Assembly (NCBI GenBank): GCA_038496445.1
Contig: JALMLS010000065.1
Span: 310,001-374,000, forward strand
Source of the DNA: Trichosphaerium sp. ATCC 40318
Taxonomy: Eukaryota > Protista > Tubulinea
Direction of reading: 5' to 3'
DNA length: 64,000 bases
Shown: positions 13,401-26,582 of the stretch, piece by piece
Layout: each line of letters opens with the position of its first letter
Position numbering within the stretch: position 1 is the first letter of the stretch
The notes under the pieces: model-generated
What the model was told of the DNA's origin: nothing
Seen by the model: the letters and a program-made list of their open reading frames with translations, nothing else
Database searches by the model: none
Program-made: the position numbers and the translations under genes

Positions 13401-14452
13401 TGAAAAAAAAATGAGAGAAAACGCAAAGTTTGACTTTTTTTCACGTGGTTAACGGTATGTAGGTTCTCAGTGACTTTTTAGAACACTGTAGTATGTAGGT
13501 GTGATTATTGTGAAAGTACACGAGTGCTCATTCGGTAGAGCAAGATATAGTAGGAGTCACGTACCTCGAGTTCGTGTTAGCTTCAAAACATTCAAATTTG
13601 GAATCTACTGCTCGAAGGTATCTTGCGCTTCCTATTCTTCCGTGCGTCTTGATGTAATCTAAACGAGAGATGTTAATCCTATTGCATTATTATTAAATTG
13701 GTGTCGAGGATAATAGTTTTTAGATTTCCAAATATCGAACCACATTAAGATAATGCTGAGTGAATTATTCACCAAAGACGTTGGGTACAATTCTATAGCG
13801 TTATAGTTGCTTGGTTGTTGAAGTAGTGAATCAATAATTTTTATCAAATACATCTGTGATTTTGTAAGATCTCGAACTGCATCCATTGGTACTTATACAC
13901 AACAATTTCTTTTTGTCTTTTTTCAAACTATCTGTTTGGTAGTGGTACTAACCTAAAGTTACTAATTGTTGTAGTCGTGTGGTACTTTCTTCAGTGTAGT
14001 GCACCAGATGCAAGCGCCAGGACAGATGTGTTCCTCTCCTCCCAATATCATCTTGCACTGTTATAGCTGGGACTGAAATAATTGTATTTTTGATGGTGTT
14101 CAGTCTTGTTTTTTTTAGGGATGGTTTGTGAACATACATAACCCTTGTGCAAGCTATCTATTAGTGTGTGATTATGGAGTACTGTACGTGAGCACAAGAG
14201 CAGAAAGTCACGTGCTATACATCGGGAGTGGCCGTTAAAAAGTAGGTTTAATGTCAAATTGAAATAGCATTATTTCACCTCAGGTCAAATCCAGAACTAA
14301 CTTATAAGGCGCTATGATAGTATGAAATGATCACCACCAAACTATTTGAGGTCTTAACTTTTTTTTAAAGTCACAAAATTGAGAAAGGCGCGAATTGATG
14401 AAAATTATTTTATTTTGTTCTTTCCATGAATAAACAATAAGATCTAGCGAGC

Positions 14453-16457
14453 TTATACCGAGTTGTAAGTTTTTTTTCTTTGTTTGAGAACAACAAAGAT
14501 GAAGAATACAAGGAAAATAGCAAATACCATTGCCAAGACTATGAATGCAATCCAGCCTTAAGACAAAAATTAACGAAGGGAACGAAAAACTAAGTTGAGG
14601 AAAAAAGGTACCAGCTGTCAAACTGTTGCGTTCTTCACAATCTATGCTTTCCCACTCATACATAAATTCAAGTTCAGGTACCTCAGGCTCCGTATTCTCA
14701 TTTGTAATACCAATAATACCAATAAGTTTACGTGGACCGGCATTACCTATTGAGAAAAAAATAAGAAAACACAAACAAACAAGAAAAAGTAAAAAAAGTC
14801 ATTAAAACAAACCTGCTTGATCACACCCGTTTCCATCTCCATGATCCACAGTAGCATGTATGACAATAGAACGGCCAATGATAGAAGTAACAGAAAAAAG
14901 TTCTTCACGTGTTGAGTTGTATTGATACCATAATTGACCTTCGTACATCTTCTCAATGTTACCCTAGATGAACTGTTAGCTTGAATGAATTTACATCAAT
15001 TCCGTACTAGATCTCCTTGGTGTCTATCAGGCTTAGGTGGTAATTTATGGATCTTATTTGTTGGGTTCCAGTGCGATCCAGCTGAGGTAGCATCTGGTTT
15101 AGACATATCACCAAACTGGAAGAGAAACATTAACAAAACCCCAAAAACCCAGCGAAAGATTTCACTCACCTGGTGAATATGAATACCATGAGCCTCTTCA
15201 GGTAGCCCGTTGACACGTGCTACAATAGTAATAACTTGATCTCCAACAGAATTTTCCACCTACATTACAAAGTCAGTGAAAAAACAAGAACGCTGTTTTG
15301 AGAAAAGCTAAGAAAGGTTAACTTCACGTACTTGGTTGAACCAAAGTGTGCCATTACAAGAGGGACAGTTTGATGTTCCTGTTAATGATACAGTAGCCAT
15401 GCGTAGAGTTATATCATCTTAGATAAAAGTTATAAACTGGTTCGTTAATTGAACGTCAAACTGCAAAATCCCAAAAAAGGGGTACTAAAAAATCATGTTT
15501 GACGTACTTTGTTGCGCGACGTTAGTCACCTCATTTCGTACTCCTAGAACGCATACAGCAAGTGGTGTCTCGTAACCAGAATCACTAGAACAATCTGTTT
15601 GATTATTCCAAATGACCAATCCACGACCAGCAACAGAGTTGCTTCCAACAAGCTAACAAATTTGTCAAAAAAAAAAACCCCAAAAAAGCCTAAAAGCAAT
15701 CAGGTCCTACATACCTTCATTAGACTATCATTAATTACAAGTACATCTACCCCAGGAAACATGACATTTCCCTAGTTTTTTTTGTTAGTAAAAATCACGT
15801 GATCTTTTGTCTTTTTTTCTGTTTGAAGGTCACAGAACAATTTCTCAAACGAGAATTTATTGATCAATAAATCAAAACAAAAAAAAACCGTACTAGTTCT
15901 CCAGCGTGTCTGTCTGTGTCTGGAGGACATCCAAAGTTTGCTGTACCGTCTCCCTGGAATACACCACCTTGTTATCAGTTAGATTACGTTAATATCAAGC
16001 GCTTTGAAAGCGTACCAAATGCGGCTTGTACAGATTCGTCTATTCGTGTCAAATCGCCAAGCTAATATTATTTTAATGTTTTGGCATATGTGTATTCGAC
16101 GATACACCGTATGTCAGGGCGTATGAACGATTTTATGTAAAAAATGTGGTGTGATACGACATGTACCTCTTGAATAGTTATTGCGTAGTCTCCTGCTGGT
16201 ACTGATACGTTTTTGAAGAGTACATGTACAGTATCCTGAAATGTTGTTACACAATTCAAAAGACAATAAATAGGCGTACAGTTGCTTCTTTTCTTATCAT
16301 TATCTCACCGCTAACATCTAAACCACCATAACCTACTAAAGAGCAATGCAATATCTCTATTGATGCAAATGTCACTCAAAATGTCTTATAAATATGTTAT
16401 ACCTGATGTATATACGACAGAGAATACAATACAACAAAGTAACAGAGCTGCTCTCAT
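14453..16457 (-). CDS. Type I membrane protein with two Cu/Zn-SOD-fold domains (first degenerate, second intact)
   Basis: Signal peptide MRAALLLCCIVFSVV; domain 2 AHGIHIHQ|FGD, AGSHWNP, IHKLP, RHQGDL|GNI, IIGRSIVIH, GNAGPR; spliced last exon encodes TM helix WIAFIVLAMVFAIFLVFFIFVVL then KQRKK..*. Confidence 0.88.
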
Positions 16458-16547
16458 CTTGACGTAAAAATGACTAAAATGGGCTGAAACTTTTTTTTTA
16501 GACGCAAAACGCCTAAACTTATCTCTAGTCACTAACCCATTGTGGTT

Positions 16548-19500
16548 ATGGCCAATTTCGATAGTACATTCTCTCCTAGTAGACAAGAGGCTGTTGCTTT
16601 GTGGTCTGATTCTAAAACATTCGTCTGGAACTCAAAAACACAAGGACAACTATCTAAGAATGATCCTAATGTAACACATATCGATTTATTGTACAAACGG
16701 GTTGGTGAAGATGGCATTTTGCTCCTTTGTCAGTGTTTACGCAGTAATACAGTGGTGACACAGATAAACATTGGGTATGCAGCCAGTTTAGCGCCACGCG
16801 TTGTTGTTCGCTTGACATCTGTAATATCTGCAAATCAGTACGCGAGTCGCCTGGAATGGGCGTATTTGTAGTTAATACTAACAGCAATTAGCAATTTGAC
16901 TAGATTATTAATGGCTGGGTGCGCTATTGGTCCTACAGGCGCGAAAGCTGTCTCAGAGTGGCTTGGTTCATCGCGGTGTATTCAATTGCTCCTTCTAGAT
17001 GGTAATTGCAACTACACAACGGAGTTTTTTTTTAATTGCAATTTCGCATTAACCCCGCTAGTTAATTAGTAAACACGATTTGACGCTCGTTTTAGGTAAT
17101 TCTATTGGTGATGAAGGCTGTGGTTACCTAGCAGAAGCCCTCATTAAAAATTACACTCTAGCTAACCTAAGTATCGCTGATAATGAGATTGGATATGAGG
17201 TACGTGTTGTACAGTATTTTTATTGCTACTACAAAGGCAAGAGAACTGCCAAATAAGTCTTTGAAGCATGCTCATTTTAGGTTTCGCGAAAAAAAAACTA
17301 TCGTTTGAGCAGTCACTTATTATCAACAATTAGGGTGCAAAAGCTCTCGCATCGTGCTTTAAAGCAAATGAGTCTCTGAAAGTGATAGATTTGGGTAAAA
17401 ATAAAGTGACACGTGCAGGTTAGTTGAACAAATTTTAAGACACGTGTTTTTTGCGGGTTTCTTGTCTAAAGAGTTGAAAGGGCTTACCTGTGATTAGGTG
17501 TTCAGGCTATAGCAGAAGGTATAAAAGAGAATATGAAATTGGAGGCTATACTAGTTGATAAGCAGAAAGACTCGACTATTCACCAGATTGTAAAACAAAT
17601 GCTTCAGAATAACTTGGATTATCACAGTGTATGCGAGTCTCCTCGCTTTTATAGCCTCTTATACTTGTGACTAACGTGTATGTGTATAGTTGTTAAAAGG
17701 TAATGCGAAGACGAAGAAGAAGTATCCTTTGGAGTATGTCCTTGACACAGCGTGTTATTTCAATCAAAGAGCACTTATTGATCATATTATGAAGCGCAGT
17801 GGAAAAACCCCGCAGGTATATTACCTTTTCGTTAACTACTGTTACTTTTCCTCTCGCCATAGGAATACGCTTACGTTATATTCTAATGTAATGGAATTTT
17901 AACGAGCGGACGAGAATCTGAACCATTTTGAAATGTCGTTTTCTTTTTTTTTTATGTTTTTGCTTGCTGTGATTGACACAACCTCTTTATTAATTGTTTG
18001 TGTTTGTTAGGAGTTAATAAGCCTTGCTATACAAAGTGATTTTATCTATGCTACATCTCACTTGCTTATTGGAGACTTTGATCCTGATGAACCTATCACA
18101 CTTACTATTGCAACAAATAATATCAAAGTAGCGAGATTATTACGTGCTTGTGGTGTCCGAGTGCCACCCAGAGTACGGAGTATTGTTTTATTATAATAAC
18201 AATGTCTTGTACTTACTTTGGCGTAGTTACTGCAGAGTATTCCACCTAAGCATTCAAAGCTAATTGATGTTTTTAAAGTAAGCTAGATTTTTAACATTAT
18301 TTGGTTACAAAGAAAATCTTTGCCAACGGTGCTTGTTTTGACATAATTTTAGGCAGATATGAGGACTATTGAACTTGTAAAGATGAGAATCAGACCAGAA
18401 TTTATAACAAAGAGAATCAGTAAACATGCGTACGATATTTTATGTTTGTGATACAAGTACACTAAGTACAATCTAGAAATACAGTTGAGTGGTTGGACTT
18501 ATCAAATAATCATTTAACGAGTATTCCTTCCGATATATCAGTTCTTACAAGCGCATACTGCATTATATTAGCTCAAAACTTGCTAAAGACTATACCATAT
18601 GAGTTTACTGAACTTCATAATCTTCAAATACTTAATCTGTCAGATAACAGATTGAATACTATTGAGCCACATATTTTGACATTACATAATATTACTGATC
18701 TTGATATGTCATCTAATAGAATTCAAGATATACCAAACTTGGATAGACTTATCAATTTGAAACGTCTAGTGCTTTCAGGAAACGAGATTTCTTATATTCC
18801 TAATACTATCTCAAATTTGGTTCATCTTCGTGTTTTGGACGTGTCCAATAATAGATTGAAGTCTATTTTACCGGAGTTGTCTTTGATGAATTTGGTTGAT
18901 ATATACCTAAGTGGTAACCCTATGACATTGTGCCCAAGTGATATTGTAAAGAAAGGTAGGAGATCTAATTTCACTGTTACTTTGTTAAACAATATTTTTA
19001 CCGAGGACCTTTCTTTTGTTGGTACTCATCGCTAATAATGAATAGGTGCTTCTCGTATCATTCAATATATAAACGATATACAAGTACCAGACCATAAATG
19101 GTCGTCATTAAAATTACTTGTTGTTGGCATGGAAAACGTTGGTATGAAGTGCTTTTTTCTTCAGAAGTTGTTTTCTAATCTTACCTGTCTAAGGTAAGAC
19201 GCACTTAATTAGGCGCTTGAAACATAAAGATTACCCTCGAAATGTATCTACTGATGGTATAGATATTGAACCGCTCACAATGGCTAAAGTACAATTCACA
19301 GTTTGGGATTTCGGTGGTCAGGAGGTGCGCTAAGCTATCTCTTATTGTTTAGTTTTTTTTTTGCTAACATGTTTTTTGTTTAGATTTTCTATCCTACACA
19401 TCAATTCTTTATGAGCAGTCGTTCAGTTTATCTATTAGTATTTGATCTACGAAAGGGTATGAAACGTTTTGATTATTGGCTAAATAAGATCAAACTCGCA

Positions 19501-22500
19501 AGTGGATTCACTTCGAGTGCTGTACGTACTTTTTTCTTTTTTTCGTGCTTTTTTATGTAACTTAACTTCTTGCCTAGGTTATCATTGTCGGAACACATGC
19601 AGATGTTGTTGGAGAAGATATTGTTGAAAAGGCAACTGAACAAATAGAAAATGATTACATGCAAAATGAATGGTGCGTTCGAATGTTTACTTTGAAGGAG
19701 ACACGTAAATTAATAAGTCACTTCGATTTTCTGGCTGGCCTCATCCTTTATTGTACTACTCAATTGCCTAACTCTTTGATAATAGGGGTTCTTATGTACA
19801 AGCATATACATTTGTTAGCTGTACTACAGGTGTTGGTTTTAAAGAGCTTGAGCGTATTCTTGTTGATGTTGGTTCTCTTACAAAGATGATTACTGATACC
19901 ATCCCTGTGACTTATGAAAAACTTAATAATGAGCTTCAAGGCATTACTGACCAATACTTATCTTGGGAGGTATGTAATATCGGTCTATTACTTTCATTGG
20001 GTATAAACCAAGAACAGACTGAATAAAACCAGGCATGAGATTATTTTAACATTGTTACAGGAGTATGCCTTACTCGCATCTGATTGTGGTATCTTACGTA
20101 AGAACTTACCTAGTACCACTCAGTTTTTACATGATGCTGGGTCTATAATATATTATAACGAACCAGGTAACTACACCTCATGTATGTTGAAACAATCTAA
20201 CTTTGTTTTTCTTTTAGAACTAAAGGATATTGTTATCACTAATCCACAAAAACTTGCTGATATTATGGCTTCACTTATATCATTTAAAACAAACTGGCGT
20301 GATGGTAGAATAACATTATCGTCTTTTAGACTTGTCTGGGCTGTAAGGATTTTTTGTTTTACTATTTATTGCCATGTACTGATGTGTTTTGGCACGTGTT
20401 TAGGATATTCCAGAAGAAGCACATGAAAAATTAAGAAAACTTTTGGAAAAATTTGAGATTTTACTTCCACCTACTTTCCGAGTACGTTATTTTATTGTCT
20501 CTTCCTGTACATCCTTTAAGCAAGTTTGTAGAATGGAGAATCTGAGTATATTATTCCAAGTATGTTACCAAATAGAGCTCCTAAAAAGTACTTGATGAGT
20601 CAAGGTCATGTACGTGAATAATTACTTTACCTTTTGAACGTTTCTCATAACTTACTTGTTCTTGTAGTTCTTTAGTATTGCTACTCCAAACTTTATACTT
20701 GAAAGAGTATATAACTTCAAGTTCATGCCACTCGGATTCTTCTCAAGGGTTCTTTCAAGACTAGCTCATATTCCGGGTACGTGCAAATACTGTGTTAGTC
20801 AAACTGTACTTACTGTTTCTTCCTTTAAAGAGATACGGTGCCATGATATATGGTCAAATGGTACTCTAGTATCACTTCACAGCAACACATATCAAGGTCT
20901 CGTTGAGTACAATGAGGAAAAATTTGAACTCGTTGTACTTGTTGAAGTAAAATCAAGCGCTTCAAAACCTTTGAGAGGTTCTATTAAAGTCGGTATGTAG
21001 TATCCTTTTCACGTGTATTCTTATGCCTTTTTTAGGACATGATAGACTCTTTACTAAGCTTGTACAATGCATTGAGAGATTGCTTAATGGTTTTTATGCC
21101 AAGTATGAGGATAATGTTACTAGGCGTGTTAGATGGAATGATGTAACACGTCGTCAGCGTCATGAGGTTCCATATAAAGAAGTTGTAGCACGTTTCATTG
21201 AAGGCCATGTACATATTACAAAAGGGAAGTCTAGAGTGGCTATATATGCTATAGCTCCTGATATTTCACTTAAACATATTCCTATGGTAACTGGTGTCAA
21301 GATTCAAGAAAAAATTGGTGCGTTGTTGCTTGTTTTTCTTTTCAAGGTGTCGCTATGTTGTATTGACTGCTTCTTTTTGTGTAGGCACAGGAAGATTTTG
21401 TACAGTTTATAAAGGTTCAGCTGAAGGATTAGCTGCTGTTGCTATTAAGGAGATATGTTTCAGTGAAAATGATAATGATTTGACCGTTGAGATATTCAAG
21501 CAGTTTCAGCAAGAAGCTCTTGTTACAAGGTTCCTGTTTTTTGAAGCCAATCTCTAAGTGTTACTCTCTATGCTCATTGTTATGTGTAGTGAACTGAATC
21601 ACCCTACGCTTGTTAGGTTGTATGGTATTACTCAGCATCCTCGGTTAGCTTTAGTTATGGAGTATATGAAATATCGAACACTCGAGACATTGTTGTTCAA
21701 TCGTAAACTAAGAGACGAAGAAATTTCTTGGAAACTTCGTTATAAGATTGCTTATGATGTATCAAGGTAATTTATTTCTTACTTACATTGTAAAGTATTC
21801 CATTACATTGTTGACAATTATACTAGGGCATTGAACTACTTGCATAGTAGGAAGCCGTCCATTCTACATCGCAATCTTCGAGCTTCTAATATCTTCGTAT
21901 GTTTTTCGTTTTTATTATGTTGTTTAATGGTTCTCCGTAGCTTGTCTCTATGAATGGTTCTAGTGAGAATGTGATTGCAAAGGTACTATTATTGATAAGT
22001 TTAAGTTGATTAGTACTAAATAGCTTGTACAGGTCTCAGATTTCGGACTAGCACAACATGTTAATACGAGCATGGAACAACGCTTATTAAATTATGAGTT
22101 TTATGCTCCTGAAGTATTAAAGGATGGAAAGTACTCCACTAGGAGTGATTTATATAGTTTAGGAATGGTTCTTTGGCAGCTAGGTAGTGTTATACTTTTA
22201 CTAGTTGTTGCTTATGTTTTTCTTTAGCTACAAGACTTCATCCTTTCGGTAAAACAAAGTATCATACTTACGAGACAAAGAGCCTCAGTAAGGTAGGTTC
22301 TAGCTGGCTCTAATTACTTTAATTTCCTTGATTCTGTATTAAATAGTATAATAGGAAGAACTTCGAGATAAAAAACGTTGTAAAGAATTAGCAGCTCAAG
22401 GGTACGAGTTTGTGAAGAAATTAGTTTTTGAGTGCCATAAAAACAGCGAAAATACCATAGTTGAGCCACTTCATTATATGTTCTCAAAATACTATCCTTT

Positions 22501-24415
22501 TTGCGTGGACAACGTAGAGGTATTGCTTGTAAGCACAACGGTTTAGGGATCTATGGATTAACAACTTGTTGCCTTTCAATCAATCGCCGTATTCAGCTTT
22601 TTTTTTTTATTTTATTCTTCTTATATTATCTTTAAATTGGTCGCTAGTCTTACTGACAACAATTCTTTAGGTGGAGCATAACTTTTAGCCAAAAAGCTGC
22701 CCGTAAAAAGCAAGTTAGCCACGAGCTTATTATCGCTAATGTCATCGAAAAACAACTTCGTCCTTACATCCCAACAAACACTCCACCTAATTTCAAAGAC
22801 CTCATTGGTGCGTCACACTCGTTCCGCAATTCTCTTCCTTGCTCTTGTTTTTGTATGCTAGGCATTCCTGTTTTTTTCTTGCACTTTAAGCTCATTTCAA
22901 CCAGAGAGGTGTTGGCATGACGATCCAATGGAGCGACCATCTAGTAAAGAAGTGATGGTTACTATTCGTAGATTCGCTGGATTCAGACAAGATATATCAC
23001 ATGATAAACACATCCAAGCTCCAGATACCGGTAATTAAGTCTTTTCGTACCAAATGGTTTATGGATTTTATTTTTCCAGGGTTTAAAAAGATTGGTGTTA
23101 ATTGGAAGTTATTTTGTCAAGAACTTGAGCCAGCTTTTGCTGAGGCTGTTCAAGCTATGACTAAAATAGGAGGTAACGTTTGGGTTGGATGTCGTGATGG
23201 TATGGTTCATGTATTCAATGCTGTGGTGAGTGATTACTCTTTGGTTTTTATTGACTGATTTTTTTCTCTTAGCATAAACGCAAGTTGTTCGATTTTCAGG
23301 CTAGTGAACAGTCTTTGTATGCTATTGTAAAAGCGGGTAAATATGTGTGGACAGGCGGAGAGGATTGTGTTATTCGCATTTGGCCTGAGAAGGTAATATT
23401 TTAACGAAACTTGAATTGAGCTAACGTGACAATAGGGTGGAAAATTAGGAAAAGAGAAAAGAGTTTTGAAAGGACATCATGCCATGATTCGCTCCATTAT
23501 TGTTGTTGAAGATGATGGTACTATAAATATAGTAGAATATTTTTAAGGCTTGTTTTCTTACTATGAGTCTTTTTTGTAGGTAATAAACACCACACAGTAT
23601 GGAGTGGTGACGCAAACTGCCAGATTATTGTCTGGAAAGATTTCTTAGCTATGCAAGTTATTCAACTCAAACAACCCATCAATCAAATGTGTAAAGTTGG
23701 TAGTAACATATGGGTTGGTACTTTCAAGGATATTATTGTACTAGATAGCGCTGTACGTTCTGAATATCAAGATAACACCACAAGTTGCTTTTTTTTTTTA
23801 AGTACTGTAGCTTATGTAATTTTAGCGTATGGAGCTGCTAAAGCAGTGGAAAGCGCATAGTGGTATTATAAATACAGTTGTTCAAGTTAAGGGTAATGTA
23901 TGGACGTGCTCAGATGAGGGTATTTGTATCTGGGACTCTAAGGTACGACTTTCTTTCTTTTTTTTTCTTTTTTTTTTGGTTGTTTTCTTTTGTTTTTGGG
24001 TATTAATGTTAACATGTTGTAGTCATTGTGTAAAGTTAAAGTTTTGCATACTGGTGGTCAAACAGGAAATGCACGTATTTTTGCTTTACTTCCTGTACTT
24101 GTTAAAGGCCAAACACATGTTTGGTGTTCGTCTTTTGATAACTCATTGCTTATATTCAACGCTGAAGACTTTAATTTATTACATAAGATCCAAGGCTTAA
24201 AGGCATGTCAACTTAACATCTTTGAGCTTAAATACCCTCTGAAAAAATACAAACTACTTGAAAAAACGTTTTGTTAATCACTGAGAGGTATCAACACTTG
24301 TTACTAATTTAATGTTTAGTCGTACTTGAGAACATTAATATGGGCAGGACACGAAGAAGTATTTTCTGGATCATCTACTGGTGATTGCCGTGTAGCATGC
24401 TGGTCTTATTATTAA
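16548..24415 (+). CDS. Roco protein (RNI-like LRRs, LRRs, Roc GTPase, COR, TKL kinase-like domain, C-terminal WD40-like repeats); many introns
   Basis: N-terminal GNSIGDEGCGYLAEAL-type repeats; LRR exon 18493-18960; Roc KLLVVGMENVGKT, STDGIDI, VWDFGGQE|IFYPTHQFF, IVGTHAD; COR FLHDAGSIIYY, MPLGFFSRVLSRL; kinase IGTGRFCTVYKG, VAIKE, HRNLRASN, DFGLA, APE; VWVGCRDG and VWTGGED repeats. Confidence 0.95.
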
Positions 24416-24796
24416 GCATTAATTAATAATGCCAAAGGTCTTGTAGCCTTTTTGTACAGAATAAGAAAAAAAATAGCGATGGCTTAAATCCAACTTTAAG
24501 TTACTCTTATGTTCTTTTTGCTTGCTTTGGCTACGCGTCACCTATTATGAATTGTTGTTCTACGCGCTTTTCTATTTTATTGTGTACTTCCAATACCCGA
24601 ACATTTGCCGGTTTTCCTGTAGATTTAAGGAGTGGGCTAAAAAATTGTCCGACTTCTTTGAATAGCCTTCCAACAAGCACAGATAACATTGTCTCACTTT
24701 TAGCTCCAGCGGAAAAGCCTGTCCGCGGAACATTTCAGCTGGTTTTTGTTTACCGTTTCCGAGGAATCAATTTTTTACCGTCTGCCTTCAGTAGCA

Positions 24797-26126
24797 ATGG
24801 TTCTCATCCGTGAATTTCGTATTATTATGCCGTTTTCTATGCGAGTCTACAAAAAAGGTTCGGCTGCGCATGACTAGCGACAAAGGAATGCTAATGCTTG
24901 AGTGTTTTAGGTGCTCAGTATGGATCAGTTAAAGCAGCTTCGGAAGTGACATTGGGTTCGAAAGGAAAATCAGGCGTTGATACTGTAGTTATGAAGCCTT
25001 GGATAGACAATAACGGCAAGAAGGGTGTATACGCAAAGAGAATATATCACTTCGGAGAGTAAGTAGTACAACTCCTTATTATACTCTGATTGTACTTACG
25101 GTATACGTAACCAAGGTGGGTTCCGTCATGGATAAAAGCATTAATACCCAAAGGAAGTCTAACATTAGAGCAAGAGGTGCGATGATTACCCAAAACCCTC
25201 CTTGCAAGTAGAGTGGCAAGCTCCCGGCTCTTCCGCCTACAAAATTCTTCGTCGATATAGTTGTTAGTGCCGACCACTCTGCTTGCAATCCCTTGATTGT
25301 TTTCGTTGTTTTTGGTTACTACGTATGAGTATGTATATATTAATTGATTCATTACATAGATGTGGTATAGTTACCCATATTGCAAGACAGTAATGAGGTA
25401 CGAAGGCGTACAGCCAGTTTTTCATCTTACTTTGTAAAACACAGATCTCCATTCCTCGGAAACAATTTAAACTTCACTATTGAGTCATTTCACGTACGTT
25501 CCAATTCTGATAAGTACTTAGAACTGATTTAATAATAGACCAAGAACCTCGGCACAAAGTCAAATGCGATGAACCTTGATCCTAAGACTGAAAAAAAACG
25601 TGGCAAAGTCGTATTCGTATCCATATTTTTTTGCAATTTCTCAGGAATTATTTCGACTTGACGTACTAGATTGATATCACAGATTCTTTAAGAGATAGTA
25701 GAGGTTTTGATACTTCTTTTGATATTCTCAAAGATAAACTAAAGACAAAGGACATTGGTCCACTTAAAGATGATTGGCAAAAAAAATATGGGAAAATGTG
25801 TAGTTATAAACTTGTCACAATTGAGGTACGCTCTACCCTAGATATTCTGTTTAAAGAAACTAACTTCGTAACATTTTGTATGTAGGTTAAGGGTATTTGG
25901 GGTTTACAGAGTAAAATAGAGAGTTATCTTATGGACTTCCAAAAAGAAGTTTTTTTAAGGTTTCACAAGCAAGTGTATGTTTTCTCTTTGCTTTTATTTA
26001 TCACGTGTTTATTTTGTATTGTTTAGGTATTGTTCTGCTGATGAATGGATTAACATGAGTACAAAGGAAATAGACGCCTATGAACGGAAACAAATAAAGA
26101 AAATGAATGCATGTTTCAAAGAGTGA
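24797..26126 (+). CDS. Phosphatidylinositol transfer protein (soluble PITP family)
   Basis: MVLIREFRIIMPFS, GVYTQREYH, GPLKDDW, MCSYKLVTIE, WGLQSKIE, FLRFHKQV|FCSADEWINMS. Confidence 0.92.
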
Positions 26127-26289
26127 GAATCTAGAGTAGGAAATTGTATTGAACCAATTTGTAAAATAGTAGAAAACCAAGTGGGAATAAACAACTTTAT
26201 AGATTGATCTTAGGCCGTTGAGAATATATGTCAAATTAGCTAATTAAAACTCGTAACGGTGTACACACCTAACTATCTCAATAGGCTGA

Positions 26290-26581
26290 CCATTCTTTGT
26301 GCAACTGTTTTTATGCATTCTTCAGTAATTTTAGTCTTTAAATTGAATATGCAACGAAGTCCTTTCAATTCTTGTACGCCCTTCATCTGTCAAGCTTCCG
26401 CTTAATTTTAGTGTCGTTAAGTAAATGTTTCATATGAACATTTTTACACTGTTTTGTCTTCGCAAGTAGGCCTTAGAGGTGATGTCCAATGTACAATAAT
26501 GTGCATTCTCTTGTTGTGTACCTGACAGGTACTAAGTAAAACTCGAAAAGCAGCTACATATTTGACAACTGCTAAAGGCAT
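26290..26581 (-). pseudogene. Decayed F-box/LRR remnant
   Basis: Broken frames read MPLAVVKYVAAF..LLSTCQ and LTTLKLSGSLTDEG/VQELKGLRCI..TKITEECIK, resembling the local LRR repeats; frameshifts and stops present. Confidence 0.4.
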
Positions 26582-26582
26582 A

